From an uncultured Aliarcobacter sp. (GTDB lineage: Bacteria; Campylobacterota; Campylobacteria; Campylobacterales; Arcobacteraceae): a stretch of DNA of 64,000 nt. A program made the position numbers and the translations under genes. The stretch lies in assembly GCA_963664305.2 (NCBI GenBank), contig CAXXLV010000001.1, forward strand, positions 832,001-896,000. The letters are read 5' to 3'. A model generated the notes under the pieces. That model was not told where the DNA came from. It worked only from the letters and a program-made list of their open reading frames with translations, and did not search any database. Shown one piece after another: positions 10,037 to 20,654 of the stretch. How positions within the stretch are numbered: position 1 is the stretch's first letter; every line of letters begins with the position of its first letter.

Positions 10037-13000
10037 ATGGTAGAAAATATAATTTCATATAGTGTAAGAAATAAATTTTTAATTTTATTTTTTATTTTTA
10101 TATTAACACTTGGTTCTTTTTGGGCTGTAAAAAATACAAGTTTAGATGCATTACCAGATTTATCACCTCCTCAAGTAATAGTTCAAGTTGAATGGAGTGG
10201 ACAAAGTCCAAAAACAATTGAAGAACAAATCTCTTATCCATTAATTTCAAGTTTGATGAGTTTACCAAATATTCAAACTGTTCGTGCAATGAGTTCATTT
10301 TCAAATGCAATGATATATATTATTTTTAAAGATGGAACAGATTTATATGACTCAAGAAGTAGAATATTAGAACAACTTTCAACACTTCAAGGAACATTCC
10401 CTGAAGGTGCATCTGTTCAAATAGGTCCAGATGCAACTGGTGTTGGTTGGGCTTATGAATATGCGTTAAAATCAAAAACAAAAAGTTTAGAAGAACTTAG
10501 AACTTTACAAGATTATTATTATAAATTTGCCCTACTTGGAGTTGATGGAGTTAGTGAAATCGCAACAATTGGTGGTTATATAAAAAATTATGAAATAACT
10601 CTAAATCAGGATAAATTAGTTCAGTATGATTTGAGTATTGATGAAATTAAAAAAGTATTACAAGCGAACAATAGCGATACTGGTGGAAGAATAATTTTAG
10701 AAAATGGATATGAACATATTATAACTGCTCGTGGTTACTTAAAATCTGTTGTGGATATTGAAAATATCACAATTAAAACTTTAAATAATACACCACTAAA
10801 AATAAAAGATATTGCAACTGTTAATATCACTTCAACAAATAGAAGAGGAATGGCTGATTTAGATGGTGAAGGTGAAACTGTTGGAGGAATAGTTGTTGTT
10901 AGATTTGGTGAAAATCCATATAAAGTAATAAATGCAGTAAAAGAAAAACTAAAAACTCTAAATGTTCCAGATGTAGAAGTTGTCGAAGTTTATGATAGAA
11001 GTTCATTGATTGATAAAGCTATAGATACATTAAAAAGAACATTAGTAGAAGAATCAATTATTGTTATGATAATAGCTGGATTATTTTTATTTCATTTTAG
11101 AAGTGCATTAATTATTATTATAACTTTACCAATTACTGTTTTAATTAGTTTTTTACTAATGAAAGCATTTAATATAGGTTCAAATATTATGAGTTTAGGT
11201 GGAATTGCTATTGCAATTGGAGCAATGGTTGATGCAACGATTGTAATGGTTGAAAATGCACATAAACATTTACAAGGAAAAGAGAATATTACAAAAGAAG
11301 AAAGAGTAAGTATTATAATTGAATCAGCAAAACAAGTTGGTCGTCCAATATTTTTTGCATTGATACTTGTTGTAGTCTCTTTTTTACCAATCTTTGCTTT
11401 AAGTGGACAAGAAGGAAGGCTATTTTCTCCTTTAGCATTTACAAAATCATTTGCAATGATGACAGGTGCAATCTTATCAATAACATTAGTACCAATTTTG
11501 ATGATATTTTTGATAAAAGGAAAAATATTAAAAGAGGAAGAAAATTTATTAAATAGATTTTTTATAAAACTTTATTCACCGCTTTTACATCTTTCTTTAA
11601 AATTGAAATATTTAATAGTAGCAATATTTATAGGAACTTTAGTTTTTGCTGTAACAGTTTATGAAAAGCAAAAATGGGAATTTATGCCTATGATGAATGA
11701 ACAAACTTTTATGTATATGCCTGTAACTCCATATGGAATTGGGATTGATTTAGCAAAAGAGTTAGCACAAAAAACAAATATGGTAATCAAATCATTTCCT
11801 GAAGTTGAAAGTTCATTTGCAAAAGTAGGGCGTGCTCAAACTGCAACAGATCCAGCACCACTTGCAATGATTGAAACAATAATTACTTTTAAACCACAAA
11901 GTGAGTGGAGAGAAGGTATAACATATAAAAAATTAATGGAGGAAATGGATAAAAATCTTCAAGTTAATGGACTTATTAATTCATGGACATATCCAATTCG
12001 TGGACGTATAGATATGCTTTTAACAGGAATTAGAACGCCATTAGGTATAAAACTATATGGAAATAATCATGAATTACTTGAAACAACTGCTTCAAAGATA
12101 GAACAAGCATTAAAAAAATATGAAGGAACTTTATCTGTTTCAGCTGATAAAATGAATTCTGGATATTATTTGAATATTGAGATTAATGATGAAATGATTT
12201 CAAGATATGGAATAAGTAAAAAAGATGTATTAGAAGTAGTTTCTTTAGGAGTAGGGGGAAGTCAAATCTCTACTTATTTAGATAAATTAGAACGATATCC
12301 AATAAGTCTAAGATTTGAAATAACTCAAAGAGAAGATATAAAAGCTTTAGAAAATTTACAAATAAAAACAAAATTAGGTTATCAACCTCTAAGACTTTTT
12401 GCAGATTTAAAATATGAAGAAGGACCATCAGTTATAAAATCTGAAAAAGCATTAAATGTTAATTTTATATATATTACACCAAAAGATGGCTTTTCAGCAA
12501 AACAATATAAAGATGAAGCAAATAAGATTTTAAAAGAGATAAAGTTACCAGATGGTTACTATTTTGAATGGGCAGGACAAAGTGAATATTTAGAATCAGC
12601 AATGAAAAAATTATCATATATCATACCAATTACATTTATGATTATATTTATTTTAATCTATTTAGCTTTGAAAAATTTAACTTATACTTTTGTAATATTT
12701 TTTACATTACCTTTTGCTTTAACTGGAGGAATATTTTATTTAGAATATCTAAATTTTAATATCTCAATTGCAGTTATCGTAGGATTTTTAGCTTTATTGG
12801 GAGTTGCTGCTGAAACTTCTATTGTAATGTTAGTATATTTAGATGAAGCTATGAAAGAATTTTATAAAAATAAAGAAGAGTTTACAAATAAAAATATTGT
12901 TGAAACAATCTATAAAGGAGCAGTTTTAAGGCTTCGTCCAAAACTTATGACTCTATTTAGTATTTTAGGAGGTTTAATTCCAATTATGTATATAAATGGC

Positions 13001-13138
13001 GTAGGAAGTGAAGTTATGCAAAGAATTGCAGCACCAATGATTGGAGGAATGGTAAGTTCAACATTTTTGACACTTATAATAATTCCATCAATTTTTTATA
13101 TTATAATTTTAAAAAGAAATAATGTATCTACACATTAA
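10037..13138 (+). CDS. cusA: CusA/CzcA-family heavy-metal RND efflux pump
   Basis: LDALPDLS, GPDATGVGW, AIGAMVDA, EFMPMMNE, TDPAPLAM, RIDML, RLRPKLMT. Confidence 0.9.
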   Translation: MVENIISYSVRNKFLILFFIFILTLGSFWAVKNTSLDALPDLSPPQVIVQVEWSGQSPKTIEEQISYPLISSLMSLPNIQTVRAMSSFSNAMIYIIFKDGTDLYDSRSRILEQLSTLQGTFPEGASVQIGPDATGVGWAYEYALKSKTKSLEELRTLQDYYYKFALLGVDGVSEIATIGGYIKNYEITLNQDKLVQYDLSIDEIKKVLQANNSDTGGRIILENGYEHIITARGYLKSVVDIENITIKTLNNTPLKIKDIATVNITSTNRRGMADLDGEGETVGGIVVVRFGENPYKVINAVKEKLKTLNVPDVEVVEVYDRSSLIDKAIDTLKRTLVEESIIVMIIAGLFLFHFRSALIIIITLPITVLISFLLMKAFNIGSNIMSLGGIAIAIGAMVDATIVMVENAHKHLQGKENITKEERVSIIIESAKQVGRPIFFALILVVVSFLPIFALSGQEGRLFSPLAFTKSFAMMTGAILSITLVPILMIFLIKGKILKEEENLLNRFFIKLYSPLLHLSLKLKYLIVAIFIGTLVFAVTVYEKQKWEFMPMMNEQTFMYMPVTPYGIGIDLAKELAQKTNMVIKSFPEVESSFAKVGRAQTATDPAPLAMIETIITFKPQSEWREGITYKKLMEEMDKNLQVNGLINSWTYPIRGRIDMLLTGIRTPLGIKLYGNNHELLETTASKIEQALKKYEGTLSVSADKMNSGYYLNIEINDEMISRYGISKKDVLEVVSLGVGGSQISTYLDKLERYPISLRFEITQREDIKALENLQIKTKLGYQPLRLFADLKYEEGPSVIKSEKALNVNFIYITPKDGFSAKQYKDEANKILKEIKLPDGYYFEWAGQSEYLESAMKKLSYIIPITFMIIFILIYLALKNLTYTFVIFFTLPFALTGGIFYLEYLNFNISIAVIVGFLALLGVAAETSIVMLVYLDEAMKEFYKNKEEFTNKNIVETIYKGAVLRLRPKLMTLFSILGGLIPIMYINGVGSEVMQRIAAPMIGGMVSSTFLTLIIIPSIFYIIILKRNNVSTH

Positions 13139-13187
13139 ATAAACAATTATAATATAAAATTGTTCATCAATAAAATAAGGAGATAAT

Positions 13188-13766
13188 ATGAATTTCGTAA
13201 CAAAAGTGACAAGTGCATTGATTTTAAGTATGGGGTTAGCAAATGCTGCTATATACGATGTTGATACATCACATACAAATGTAGGTTTTACAGTAAAGCA
13301 TATGATGATTACAAATGTTAATGGAAATTTTGGTACTTATGATGCAAATATAGATTTTGATCCAGCAACAAAAACTTTTAAAACTTTTAGTGCAACAGTT
13401 GAAACAAACTCAATTAATACAGGAATAGAAAAAAGAGACGACCATTTAAGAAGTGAAGACTTTTTTGCTTCACAAAAATTCCCTAAAATGACTTTTGAAA
13501 TGACATCATATAAAGCAGATGGAACTGATGGAGAAATGAAAGGTAATCTAACAATTAGAGGAATTACTAAACCTGTAACTTTCAAAGTTGAAGACATTGG
13601 AACTATTAAAGATTTTAAAAATCAAAATAGGGTAGGGTTTGCTTTAAAAGGTAAAATAAACAGAATGGATTATGATTTAAAATGGAATAAAGCTTTAGAG
13701 TTAGGTGGTGTTGCTGTAGCTGAAGAAGTAAAAATTACTGTAGAAGTTGAAGCAGTAGAGAAATAG
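13188..13766 (+). CDS. YceI-family periplasmic protein
   Basis: Signal peptide; F.VKHMM, RDDHLRSEDFF, GNLTIRG, INRMDY. Confidence 0.92.
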   Translation: MNFVTKVTSALILSMGLANAAIYDVDTSHTNVGFTVKHMMITNVNGNFGTYDANIDFDPATKTFKTFSATVETNSINTGIEKRDDHLRSEDFFASQKFPKMTFEMTSYKADGTDGEMKGNLTIRGITKPVTFKVEDIGTIKDFKNQNRVGFALKGKINRMDYDLKWNKALELGGVAVAEEVKITVEVEAVEK

Positions 13767-13809
13767 TATATTATAATTAGAGAATTAAATTTAAAAAAGA
13801 GGAAAAAGA

Positions 13810-14133
13810 ATGAAAATTAAATTAGCAGGGTTATTATTTGGAGCATTATTAGCAACTACATCGTTATTTGCAGCAAGTTCTTGTGGAGCAGGTAAATGTG
13901 GTGGAGAAATGAAAAAAGAGATGATTGAGAAAAAAAGCTCTTCTTGTGGTACTGGTAAATGTGGTGCAAATATGAAAGAAGAAGTAAAATCAGGTTCTTG
14001 TGGTGTTGGTAAATGTGGTGGCCCAATGAAAAATGACATGTCTAAAATGAATAATGAAATGAAAGATACAAAAAAAGAGATGAAAGAAGAAGTTAAAGGT
14101 TCTTGTGGTTCAGGAAAATGTGGTTCTAAATAA
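13810..14133 (+). CDS. secreted Cys-rich repeat protein (4x SCGxGKCG), HvfA-like metallophore precursor candidate
   Basis: Signal peptide ending SLFA; SSCGAGKCG, SSCGTGKCG, GSCGVGKCG, GSCGSGKCG with Met/Lys/Glu linkers. Confidence 0.75.
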   Translation: MKIKLAGLLFGALLATTSLFAASSCGAGKCGGEMKKEMIEKKSSSCGTGKCGANMKEEVKSGSCGVGKCGGPMKNDMSKMNNEMKDTKKEMKEEVKGSCGSGKCGSK

Positions 14134-14141
14134 TCATTTAT

Positions 14142-14165
14142 AAAAAGCCTCTTTTGAGGTTTTTT
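14142..14165. terminator. bidirectional intrinsic terminator
   Basis: AAAAAGCCTC-TTTT-GAGGTTTTTT between convergent genes. Confidence 0.75.
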
Positions 14166-15522
14166 ATATGGTCTTGTTGCAGATAGTTTTTAAAAGATTA
14201 TTTGTATAAAAATATGCAAAAATAGCTGCACTATAAATCATAACTAATATACCAACCCAAAGATATATAAAATCCAATTCAAAAAGTTTTACTATTACAA
14301 ATGCAATTAAAAGTTTTGCAATAATTTGTCTATATAAAGCAATATATAAAATCATTTTAGGTTGTTTAATCGCTTGTAAAGTAGATACACAAATAAATAA
14401 AACTACATAAGCGTAAAATATCCATATCTCAACTAATAAATATTTTATTCCAAAATCAATAACTATTGGTGTAGAATCAAATAAAGATATTAAAAATTTG
14501 CCAAAAATAGTAAGAACAATAATTCCAACCGTTGATAAAATAAATCCATATTTAATAGAAACTCTTAATGTTTCAATAACTCTATCATATTTTTTTGCTC
14601 CAAAGTTATTTGAAACTATTGTTAAAACAGCAGTGCTTAGTCCCAAAATTGGTAAAAGCATAAGTTGTTCAACTCTAAAAGCAATTCCATATCCTGCAAC
14701 TGCCATTACTCCATATTGAGCAACAAAATAAGTAAGTATAACTGAACCAATAGACATAATAAGCATATTTAAACTAGAAGGAATACCTTGTGTTAGAAAT
14801 AGTTTATAGACTCTAAAATCTGGCAAGAAATAAGAGAGTTTTTCAAAATGAATAACTTTTGTTTGTAAAACTTTATAAAACATATAAATCATATTTATTA
14901 TTTGAATTAAAACTGTTGCAAATGAAATACCAGATAGTCCCATTGCTGGAATAAATAAAAAACCAAACATAAACAGTGGATTTAGAACTAAGTTAGCAAA
15001 GAAACCAAAAATCAAAGTATTTCTATATGTTTTTGTATCTCCAAGTGCTACTAATATAGAATTTAGCGAGAAATTAAACATAAAAAATATTGTTCCAAAT
15101 AAAATAGGATTTATATATGTTATAGCATCTTGTAAGTATTCATCACGTGCACCAAGTAATACAAACATAGAAGGAGCAAAAATATAACCTAATATAGTAA
15201 GAAAAACACCAAGTATAGGAATAAATAGTAAACCTTTATGTGCATGAATTGATGCTAGTTTATTTTTTCTTTTACCAAATGAATTCCCAAGTATTGCAGT
15301 AATTGCTGAACTAAATCCATATCCTAAACCAATAATTAGGAAAAATACCATAAATGATATTGTTAAAGCAGAAACAGCTTGTGTTGAAATAAATCCTGCA
15401 TAATAAGTATCTATGACATTATATAGAGTATTAAAAAGCATTCCTGTACTTGCAGGAATGGCTAATTGTTTTAGTAAAGATGAAATATTTTCGTTTAGTA
15501 AGTTTTTTGAGTTAGTTTTCAA
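14164..15522 (-). CDS. MATE-family efflux transporter
   Basis: About 12 TM helices; LAIPA...LYNVIDT, NLVLNPLF, AGYGIAFRVEQ, NNFGAK. Confidence 0.92.
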   Translation of the reverse strand: MKTNSKNLLNENISSLLKQLAIPASTGMLFNTLYNVIDTYYAGFISTQAVSALTISFMVFFLIIGLGYGFSSAITAILGNSFGKRKNKLASIHAHKGLLFIPILGVFLTILGYIFAPSMFVLLGARDEYLQDAITYINPILFGTIFFMFNFSLNSILVALGDTKTYRNTLIFGFFANLVLNPLFMFGFLFIPAMGLSGISFATVLIQIINMIYMFYKVLQTKVIHFEKLSYFLPDFRVYKLFLTQGIPSSLNMLIMSIGSVILTYFVAQYGVMAVAGYGIAFRVEQLMLLPILGLSTAVLTIVSNNFGAKKYDRVIETLRVSIKYGFILSTVGIIVLTIFGKFLISLFDSTPIVIDFGIKYLLVEIWIFYAYVVLFICVSTLQAIKQPKMILYIALYRQIIAKLLIAFVIVKLFELDFIYLWVGILVMIYSAAIFAYFYTNNLLKTICNKTI

Positions 15523-15537
15523 GAGAAGATAAAAGAG

Positions 15538-16800
15538 TTACTCTTCTATTCTTATCATTGCTGGTTTTGCAAGAACAACACCAGAATTTTCTAGCTCATT
15601 GATAGCTTTTAAAATATCTTTTTCAACACAAGTGTGTGTTGTTAAAAGAAGATTTGCATTTTGTGTTTTTAATGGTTTTTGCATCATTGCTTCAATAGAA
15701 ATAGAATTATCTCCAAAGATTGTTGCCACTTTTGCTAAAGTACCAGATTTATCAGCTACTTCAAGTCTTAGATAATATTTTGTTTGAATATTTTCTTTAG
15801 ACATTAAAGATATTTTTTCACCTGGTTGATTTTCAAAACCAAGCATTGGTGAACCTTTTCCTTTTCTTGCAATATCTATAATATTTGCAACAACTGCTGA
15901 TGCTGTTGCATCTCCACCTGCTCCTGCTCCATAGAACATTGTTTCACCAACTTTATCTCCAACAACAGAGATACCGTTCATTACACCATCAACTTTTGCA
16001 ATCATTTTATCTTGTGGAATTAAAACTGGATGAACTCTTAATTCAATTTCACTACCAACTTTTTTTGCAATTCCTAAAAGTTTAATAGAGTATTCAAACT
16101 CTTTTGCAAAATCGATATCTGCTTTTGTGATATTTTGAATACCTTCTATTAAGATATCTTCTGGTTTAACATCAATTCCATATGCAATAGAACCAAGAAT
16201 TAGAAGTTTATGCGCAGCATCAAAACCACCAACATCAAACGTTGGGTCAGCTTCTGCATATCCTAATTCTTGAGCTTCTTTTAATATCTCATTATAATTA
16301 ACACCATCATTAATCATACGAGTTAGCATATAGTTACAAGTTCCATTCATAATACCTTGAATAGATTTAATGTGATTTGCACTTAATCCATCTCTTAAAG
16401 CATTAATGATTGGAATTCCTCCTGCAACTGCTGCTTCAAATTCAAATGGAATATCTCCAGCTAATTCTTGAAGTTCATATCTATGATAAGCTAATAAAGC
16501 CTTATTTGCTGTAACAACAGCTTTACCTTTTAATAAAGCTTTTTTTACGATTTCGTAAGGTTTCTCTATTCCACCCATTAATTCAACAACAATGTCAATT
16601 GAATCATCTTCTAATATTTCATCAGCATTAGTAGTTAATTTAATACTAACATCTCTTTTTTTATCTAAGTTTGAAACTACACCAATGGTTGGTACAATTT
16701 CTTTTCCCGCACGTGCAGTGATAATATTTTTATTTTCTAATAAAATATTCGCAACGCTTGTTCCAACTGTACCAACACCTATAATTCCAACTTTTAACAT
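15538..16800 (-). CDS. hom: homoserine dehydrogenase
   Basis: GVGTVG, VVTANK, EAAVAGGIP, GYAEADPTFD, C-terminal ACT domain. Confidence 0.96.
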   Translation of the reverse strand: MLKVGIIGVGTVGTSVANILLENKNIITARAGKEIVPTIGVVSNLDKKRDVSIKLTTNADEILEDDSIDIVVELMGGIEKPYEIVKKALLKGKAVVTANKALLAYHRYELQELAGDIPFEFEAAVAGGIPIINALRDGLSANHIKSIQGIMNGTCNYMLTRMINDGVNYNEILKEAQELGYAEADPTFDVGGFDAAHKLLILGSIAYGIDVKPEDILIEGIQNITKADIDFAKEFEYSIKLLGIAKKVGSEIELRVHPVLIPQDKMIAKVDGVMNGISVVGDKVGETMFYGAGAGGDATASAVVANIIDIARKGKGSPMLGFENQPGEKISLMSKENIQTKYYLRLEVADKSGTLAKVATIFGDNSISIEAMMQKPLKTQNANLLLTTHTCVEKDILKAINELENSGVVLAKPAMIRIEE

Positions 16801-16809
16801 ACTAATTTC

Positions 16810-18024
16810 CTATTTTTCTAATGATTTTAAATATTTTTTTATATTTTTTGCAGCTTGTCTAATTCTTTTTTCATTTTCAATTAATGCAATTCTCACATAT
16901 TGGTCACCATAATGTCCAAATCCAATTCCAGGACTTACTGCAACTTGTGCTTGAGTTAATAATTGTTTAGAAAATTCCATACTTCCTAAGTGAGCTGCAA
17001 CTTCTGGGATTTTTGCCCAAATAAACATCGATGCATTAGGTTTATTCATAACCCATCCAGCATCTGCAAATGTTTCAAGCATTAAATCTCTTCTTTTTCT
17101 ATATTTTTCAACATGCTCATCAACACACTCTTGTGGACCATCAAGTGCAACAGTAGCAGCAATTTGAATAGGAGTAAACATACCATAGTCAAGCCATGAT
17201 TTAATTCTTTTTAATGCACCGATTAATCTTTCATTTCCAACGATACATCCAACTCTCCATCCTGCCATATTATATGATTTACTTAATGTAAAACATTCCA
17301 CTGCAACATCAAGTGCACCTTCTGCTTGGAAAATAGAAGGAGTTTTATATCCATCAAATGTAATATCAGCATATGCAATATCAGAGATGATATAGAATCT
17401 CTCTTTTTTTGCCATAGCTACTAATTTTGTGTAAAATTCTGGAGTAACTGTTGCACAAGAAGGATTGTGAGGAAAGTTAACAACAACAAATTTTACTTTT
17501 GGAATTGATTCATTAATTGTTTTTTGTAATCTTTCAAAGAATAAATCTTCATCAACTTTAAATGTATCATCAAATGATAATTCAAATTTATGAACAGCTG
17601 CCCCATTTAACATAAATGCATATGAGTGGATTGGATAAGTTGGGTCTGGAACAACAGCAACATCACCAACATTTACAACAGCTTGAACTAAATGAACATA
17701 ACCCTCTTTTGAACCCATAGTTGCACAAGCATGTTTATTAGGGTCTAAGAAATCTACATTATATTTTCTTTTATACCAATTACAAATAGCAAGTCTTAAT
17801 TTATAAATTCCAGCACTTGCACTATAACCATGATTTTTTGGTTTTGCAGCAGCTTCGATTAATTTATCTGTAATGTGTTGTGGTGCAGGACCATCTGGAT
17901 TTCCCATTGAAAAGTCAATTACATCTTCACCAGCACGTCTAGCTTCCATTTTAATATTATTTACTTCTGCAAACACATAGTTTGGAAGTCTTTTCATTCT
18001 TTCAAATTCAAATTCGTGGAACAT
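16810..18024 (-). CDS. class I PLP-dependent aminotransferase (AlaC / LL-DAP aminotransferase-like)
   Basis: MGNPD, NFPHNP, SDIAY, SKSYNMAGWRVG. Confidence 0.88.
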   Translation of the reverse strand: MFHEFEFERMKRLPNYVFAEVNNIKMEARRAGEDVIDFSMGNPDGPAPQHITDKLIEAAAKPKNHGYSASAGIYKLRLAICNWYKRKYNVDFLDPNKHACATMGSKEGYVHLVQAVVNVGDVAVVPDPTYPIHSYAFMLNGAAVHKFELSFDDTFKVDEDLFFERLQKTINESIPKVKFVVVNFPHNPSCATVTPEFYTKLVAMAKKERFYIISDIAYADITFDGYKTPSIFQAEGALDVAVECFTLSKSYNMAGWRVGCIVGNERLIGALKRIKSWLDYGMFTPIQIAATVALDGPQECVDEHVEKYRKRRDLMLETFADAGWVMNKPNASMFIWAKIPEVAAHLGSMEFSKQLLTQAQVAVSPGIGFGHYGDQYVRIALIENEKRIRQAAKNIKKYLKSLEK

Positions 18025-18030
18025 TTTATA

Positions 18031-18840
18031 CTACTCCTTAGTAATGTTAAGCCCATATTTTAAATTAGTTAGGCTATAAAAATCATCAATTTTGATATAT
18101 TTTGTATTATTCGGTACATCAAGTTTTAAACTTTTGTACAAACTATCTTTTTCAACAACTTCTATAATATTGAAATCATTGTCATAGAAGATTATACTTG
18201 GATACCAACTATTACCAGCATTTGGGTTTATTGTTATACTTGAAATATTTGCCACTTGAACAATATAAGGTTTAAGTGGTTTTCTTAACGATAATTGGTT
18301 TGTATTTATTAAATCTTCTGCTTTATAAATTGTAGAATTACTTGAATCTATATAGTAACTCCATTTATAATTTCCCTCTCTTTTAATATCAACAATATTG
18401 CAGTTTACACCCTGTAACTCTTGAGATAATCTGAGAGGGCTTATGGCGGCTGCGGTTTTTAATTTTATCATCCATTTAAGTTGATTATCTACAACAACTT
18501 CACCTTGTGTGATAAAATCTTGATAACCTAATACTCTTAATATATCATTTATATTTTTCATTGATTTTTTAGGATTTGAATTGAAGTAAAATGTTGCTTC
18601 AATATTTTGAACAGAATCTAAATTTAATTTTAATATCCCATTATTTGATAGTTCTTGACTAATTTTTGTGTAATCAAGTTGACCATTTTTATAGAAATTA
18701 CTAGAGTTTCTAAATATATGATTAATCAAATTTCTATGTGTATTATAATCTGCATTTCCAAGCAGATTTAAAACAGCATCATTTACACTTGCATAAGAAC
18801 TTATATATAATGAAATGATTAAAATTAATTTTTTTATCAT
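18031..18840 (-). CDS. exported hypothetical protein
   Basis: Signal peptide; inside co-directional run of genes. Confidence 0.7.
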   Translation of the reverse strand: MIKKLILIISLYISSYASVNDAVLNLLGNADYNTHRNLINHIFRNSSNFYKNGQLDYTKISQELSNNGILKLNLDSVQNIEATFYFNSNPKKSMKNINDILRVLGYQDFITQGEVVVDNQLKWMIKLKTAAAISPLRLSQELQGVNCNIVDIKREGNYKWSYYIDSSNSTIYKAEDLINTNQLSLRKPLKPYIVQVANISSITINPNAGNSWYPSIIFYDNDFNIIEVVEKDSLYKSLKLDVPNNTKYIKIDDFYSLTNLKYGLNITKE

Positions 18841-18852
18841 GATATTCTTCTT

Positions 18853-19542
18853 TTATCTTTTTAGATTGTAAATTAAAATCCCAGCTGCTACAGAAACATT
18901 TAAAGAATCAAATTCGTGTTCCATTCCAATAGAAACTTTTAAATCAAGTTTTTTTGCAACTTTTGGAGAAATTCCTTCTCCTTCACTTCCTAAAAATAGA
19001 GCAACTTTATCAGTTTTTTCTATTTTTCCATATTTTTTTAAATCTACTCCATCCATTGTTGCACCAATTAGTGTGAATCCACAATCGATTAATTCACTAG
19101 CTAAATCAGCACTTCTTGGATGAACTAAAAATGGTAAATCAAGTAAAGCACCAGAACTAGTTCTTATAACTCCAGAATCATTTACAGTTTTAATATTTGA
19201 AGCAATTAATCCTTCAATTCCTAAAGAGTATGCAGTTCTTGCAATTGCTCCAATGTTTCCAACATCTGTTACACCATCTAATACTAAAATAAAATTCATT
19301 TTTTTGAATTCTTTAATATCTGTATAACCAACTGGAGATAGTTTTAAAAAGAAACCTTGATGGTTTCCACCTTTTGCTAATGCTTGAGCTTTTTGATTAT
19401 CCACTTTATGGATTTTTTTATCAAGTTTTGCAAATCTTGTGAAAAGTTTTTTATCAATTTCTTTTGAAAGAAAAACTTCTTCTATTAAATGAGGGTGATT
19501 GTCAAGTACGTAAAGTACGATTTGTTTTCCATATATTATCAT
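18853..19542 (-). CDS. rlmB: TrmH/SpoU-family rRNA methyltransferase (RlmB-like)
   Basis: HQG, DVGNIGAIAR, GSEGEG, SLNVSVAAGI. Confidence 0.85.
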   Translation of the reverse strand: MIIYGKQIVLYVLDNHPHLIEEVFLSKEIDKKLFTRFAKLDKKIHKVDNQKAQALAKGGNHQGFFLKLSPVGYTDIKEFKKMNFILVLDGVTDVGNIGAIARTAYSLGIEGLIASNIKTVNDSGVIRTSSGALLDLPFLVHPRSADLASELIDCGFTLIGATMDGVDLKKYGKIEKTDKVALFLGSEGEGISPKVAKKLDLKVSIGMEHEFDSLNVSVAAGILIYNLKR

Positions 19543-20360
19543 GACGGCATGTTATCCAAAATTTGTTGATAAACCTCTTTGATTGATTGTCCAGTCATTT
19601 TAGCAATAAGTTTTGCTTTTACTTTTGGTGCTAAATCTAAAGGTAGTATGTCATTTAGTTCAAGATTAAAACCAATTTTTTCTTTTGGTTCAATTACTAC
19701 AACCCATTCACCTTTTATATTTATATTTTTAAACTCTTCAAATATTTTTGAAGCGCTGTTTTTATAAATTGTTTGGTGAAGTTTTGTTATCTCTTTTGCT
19801 AAAAATATTGTTCTATTTGGTTCTTTTTCATTTAACTCTTCAAGAAGTTTTAAAAGTCTATGAGGTGATTCATAAAGTATTGATAATTTATCATCATTTA
19901 AAATTTCATCAAGTTTTGAAGCACGACTAGCTCCTTTATGGTCTAAAAATCCATAAAAAGAAAATGATGTATGTGAAAATCCACTCATAGCATAAGCAGT
20001 TAAAATAGCATTTGCTCCAGGAAGTACATCATAAGGAATTTGATTTTTTATACAAAAATCTACAAGTGTTGCACCAGGGTCACTAACACAAGGCATTCCA
20101 GCATCGCTTACATAAACAACATTTTTAGAAAAAGTCTCTTTATCTAAAGTTTTTAAAATTTGATTTTCATTGTGAGAGTGAAAAGATTTGTATTCTTTAT
20201 TTGAAAAGTCTAGGTTATATTTTTCACCTAAAAGATGTAGAAGTTTTTTTGTAACTCTTGTATCTTCACAAAAAATTAATTCCGATTCTTCTAGGACTTT
20301 TAAGGACCTATTCGAGATATCTTCCAAATTTCCTATTGGAGTCGGAACTAAGCACAACAT
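19539..20360 (-). CDS. rsmI: 16S rRNA (cytidine-2'-O)-methyltransferase RsmI
   Basis: TPIGNLEDI, CEDTR, SDAGMPCVSDPG, YESPHR, KGEWV. Confidence 0.95.
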   Translation of the reverse strand: MLCLVPTPIGNLEDISNRSLKVLEESELIFCEDTRVTKKLLHLLGEKYNLDFSNKEYKSFHSHNENQILKTLDKETFSKNVVYVSDAGMPCVSDPGATLVDFCIKNQIPYDVLPGANAILTAYAMSGFSHTSFSFYGFLDHKGASRASKLDEILNDDKLSILYESPHRLLKLLEELNEKEPNRTIFLAKEITKLHQTIYKNSASKIFEEFKNINIKGEWVVVIEPKEKIGFNLELNDILPLDLAPKVKAKLIAKMTGQSIKEVYQQILDNMPS

Positions 20361-20369
20361 AGTATTGTA

Positions 20370-20573
20370 CTATTTAGCCATATTATATTTAGCTTTGAAT
20401 TTCTCAACTCTACCAGCAGCATCAACGATTTTTTGCTCACCAGTGAAGAATGGGTGGCAAGATGAACAAATGTCAATTCTTAAAGACTCAACATTTGATT
20501 TTGTTTCGAAAGAATTACCACACGCACAAGAAACTGTACAAACTTTGTAATCTGGATGAATATTTTTTTTCAT
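20370..20573 (-). CDS. rpmE: 50S ribosomal protein L31 (Zn-binding type)
   Basis: [29 protein letters not shown]; true start ATG at 20573. Confidence 0.96.
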   Translation of the reverse strand: MKKNIHPDYKVCTVSCACGNSFETKSNVESLRIDICSSCHPFFTGEQKIVDAAGRVEKFKAKYNMAK

Positions 20574-20654
20574 TCCAATTTTCCTTAATTTAATTATTGT
20601 TAGACAAAAGGTCAAGTCTTCGCAGGCCCTTTATCAAACTCTTTAGGGACGTGA

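Noticed and set aside
13791..14039. 82-aa antisense ORF with PPHLPxPQE repeats
   Set aside because: Mirror of the SCGxGKCG repeats on the plus strand, which has the RBS and signal peptide
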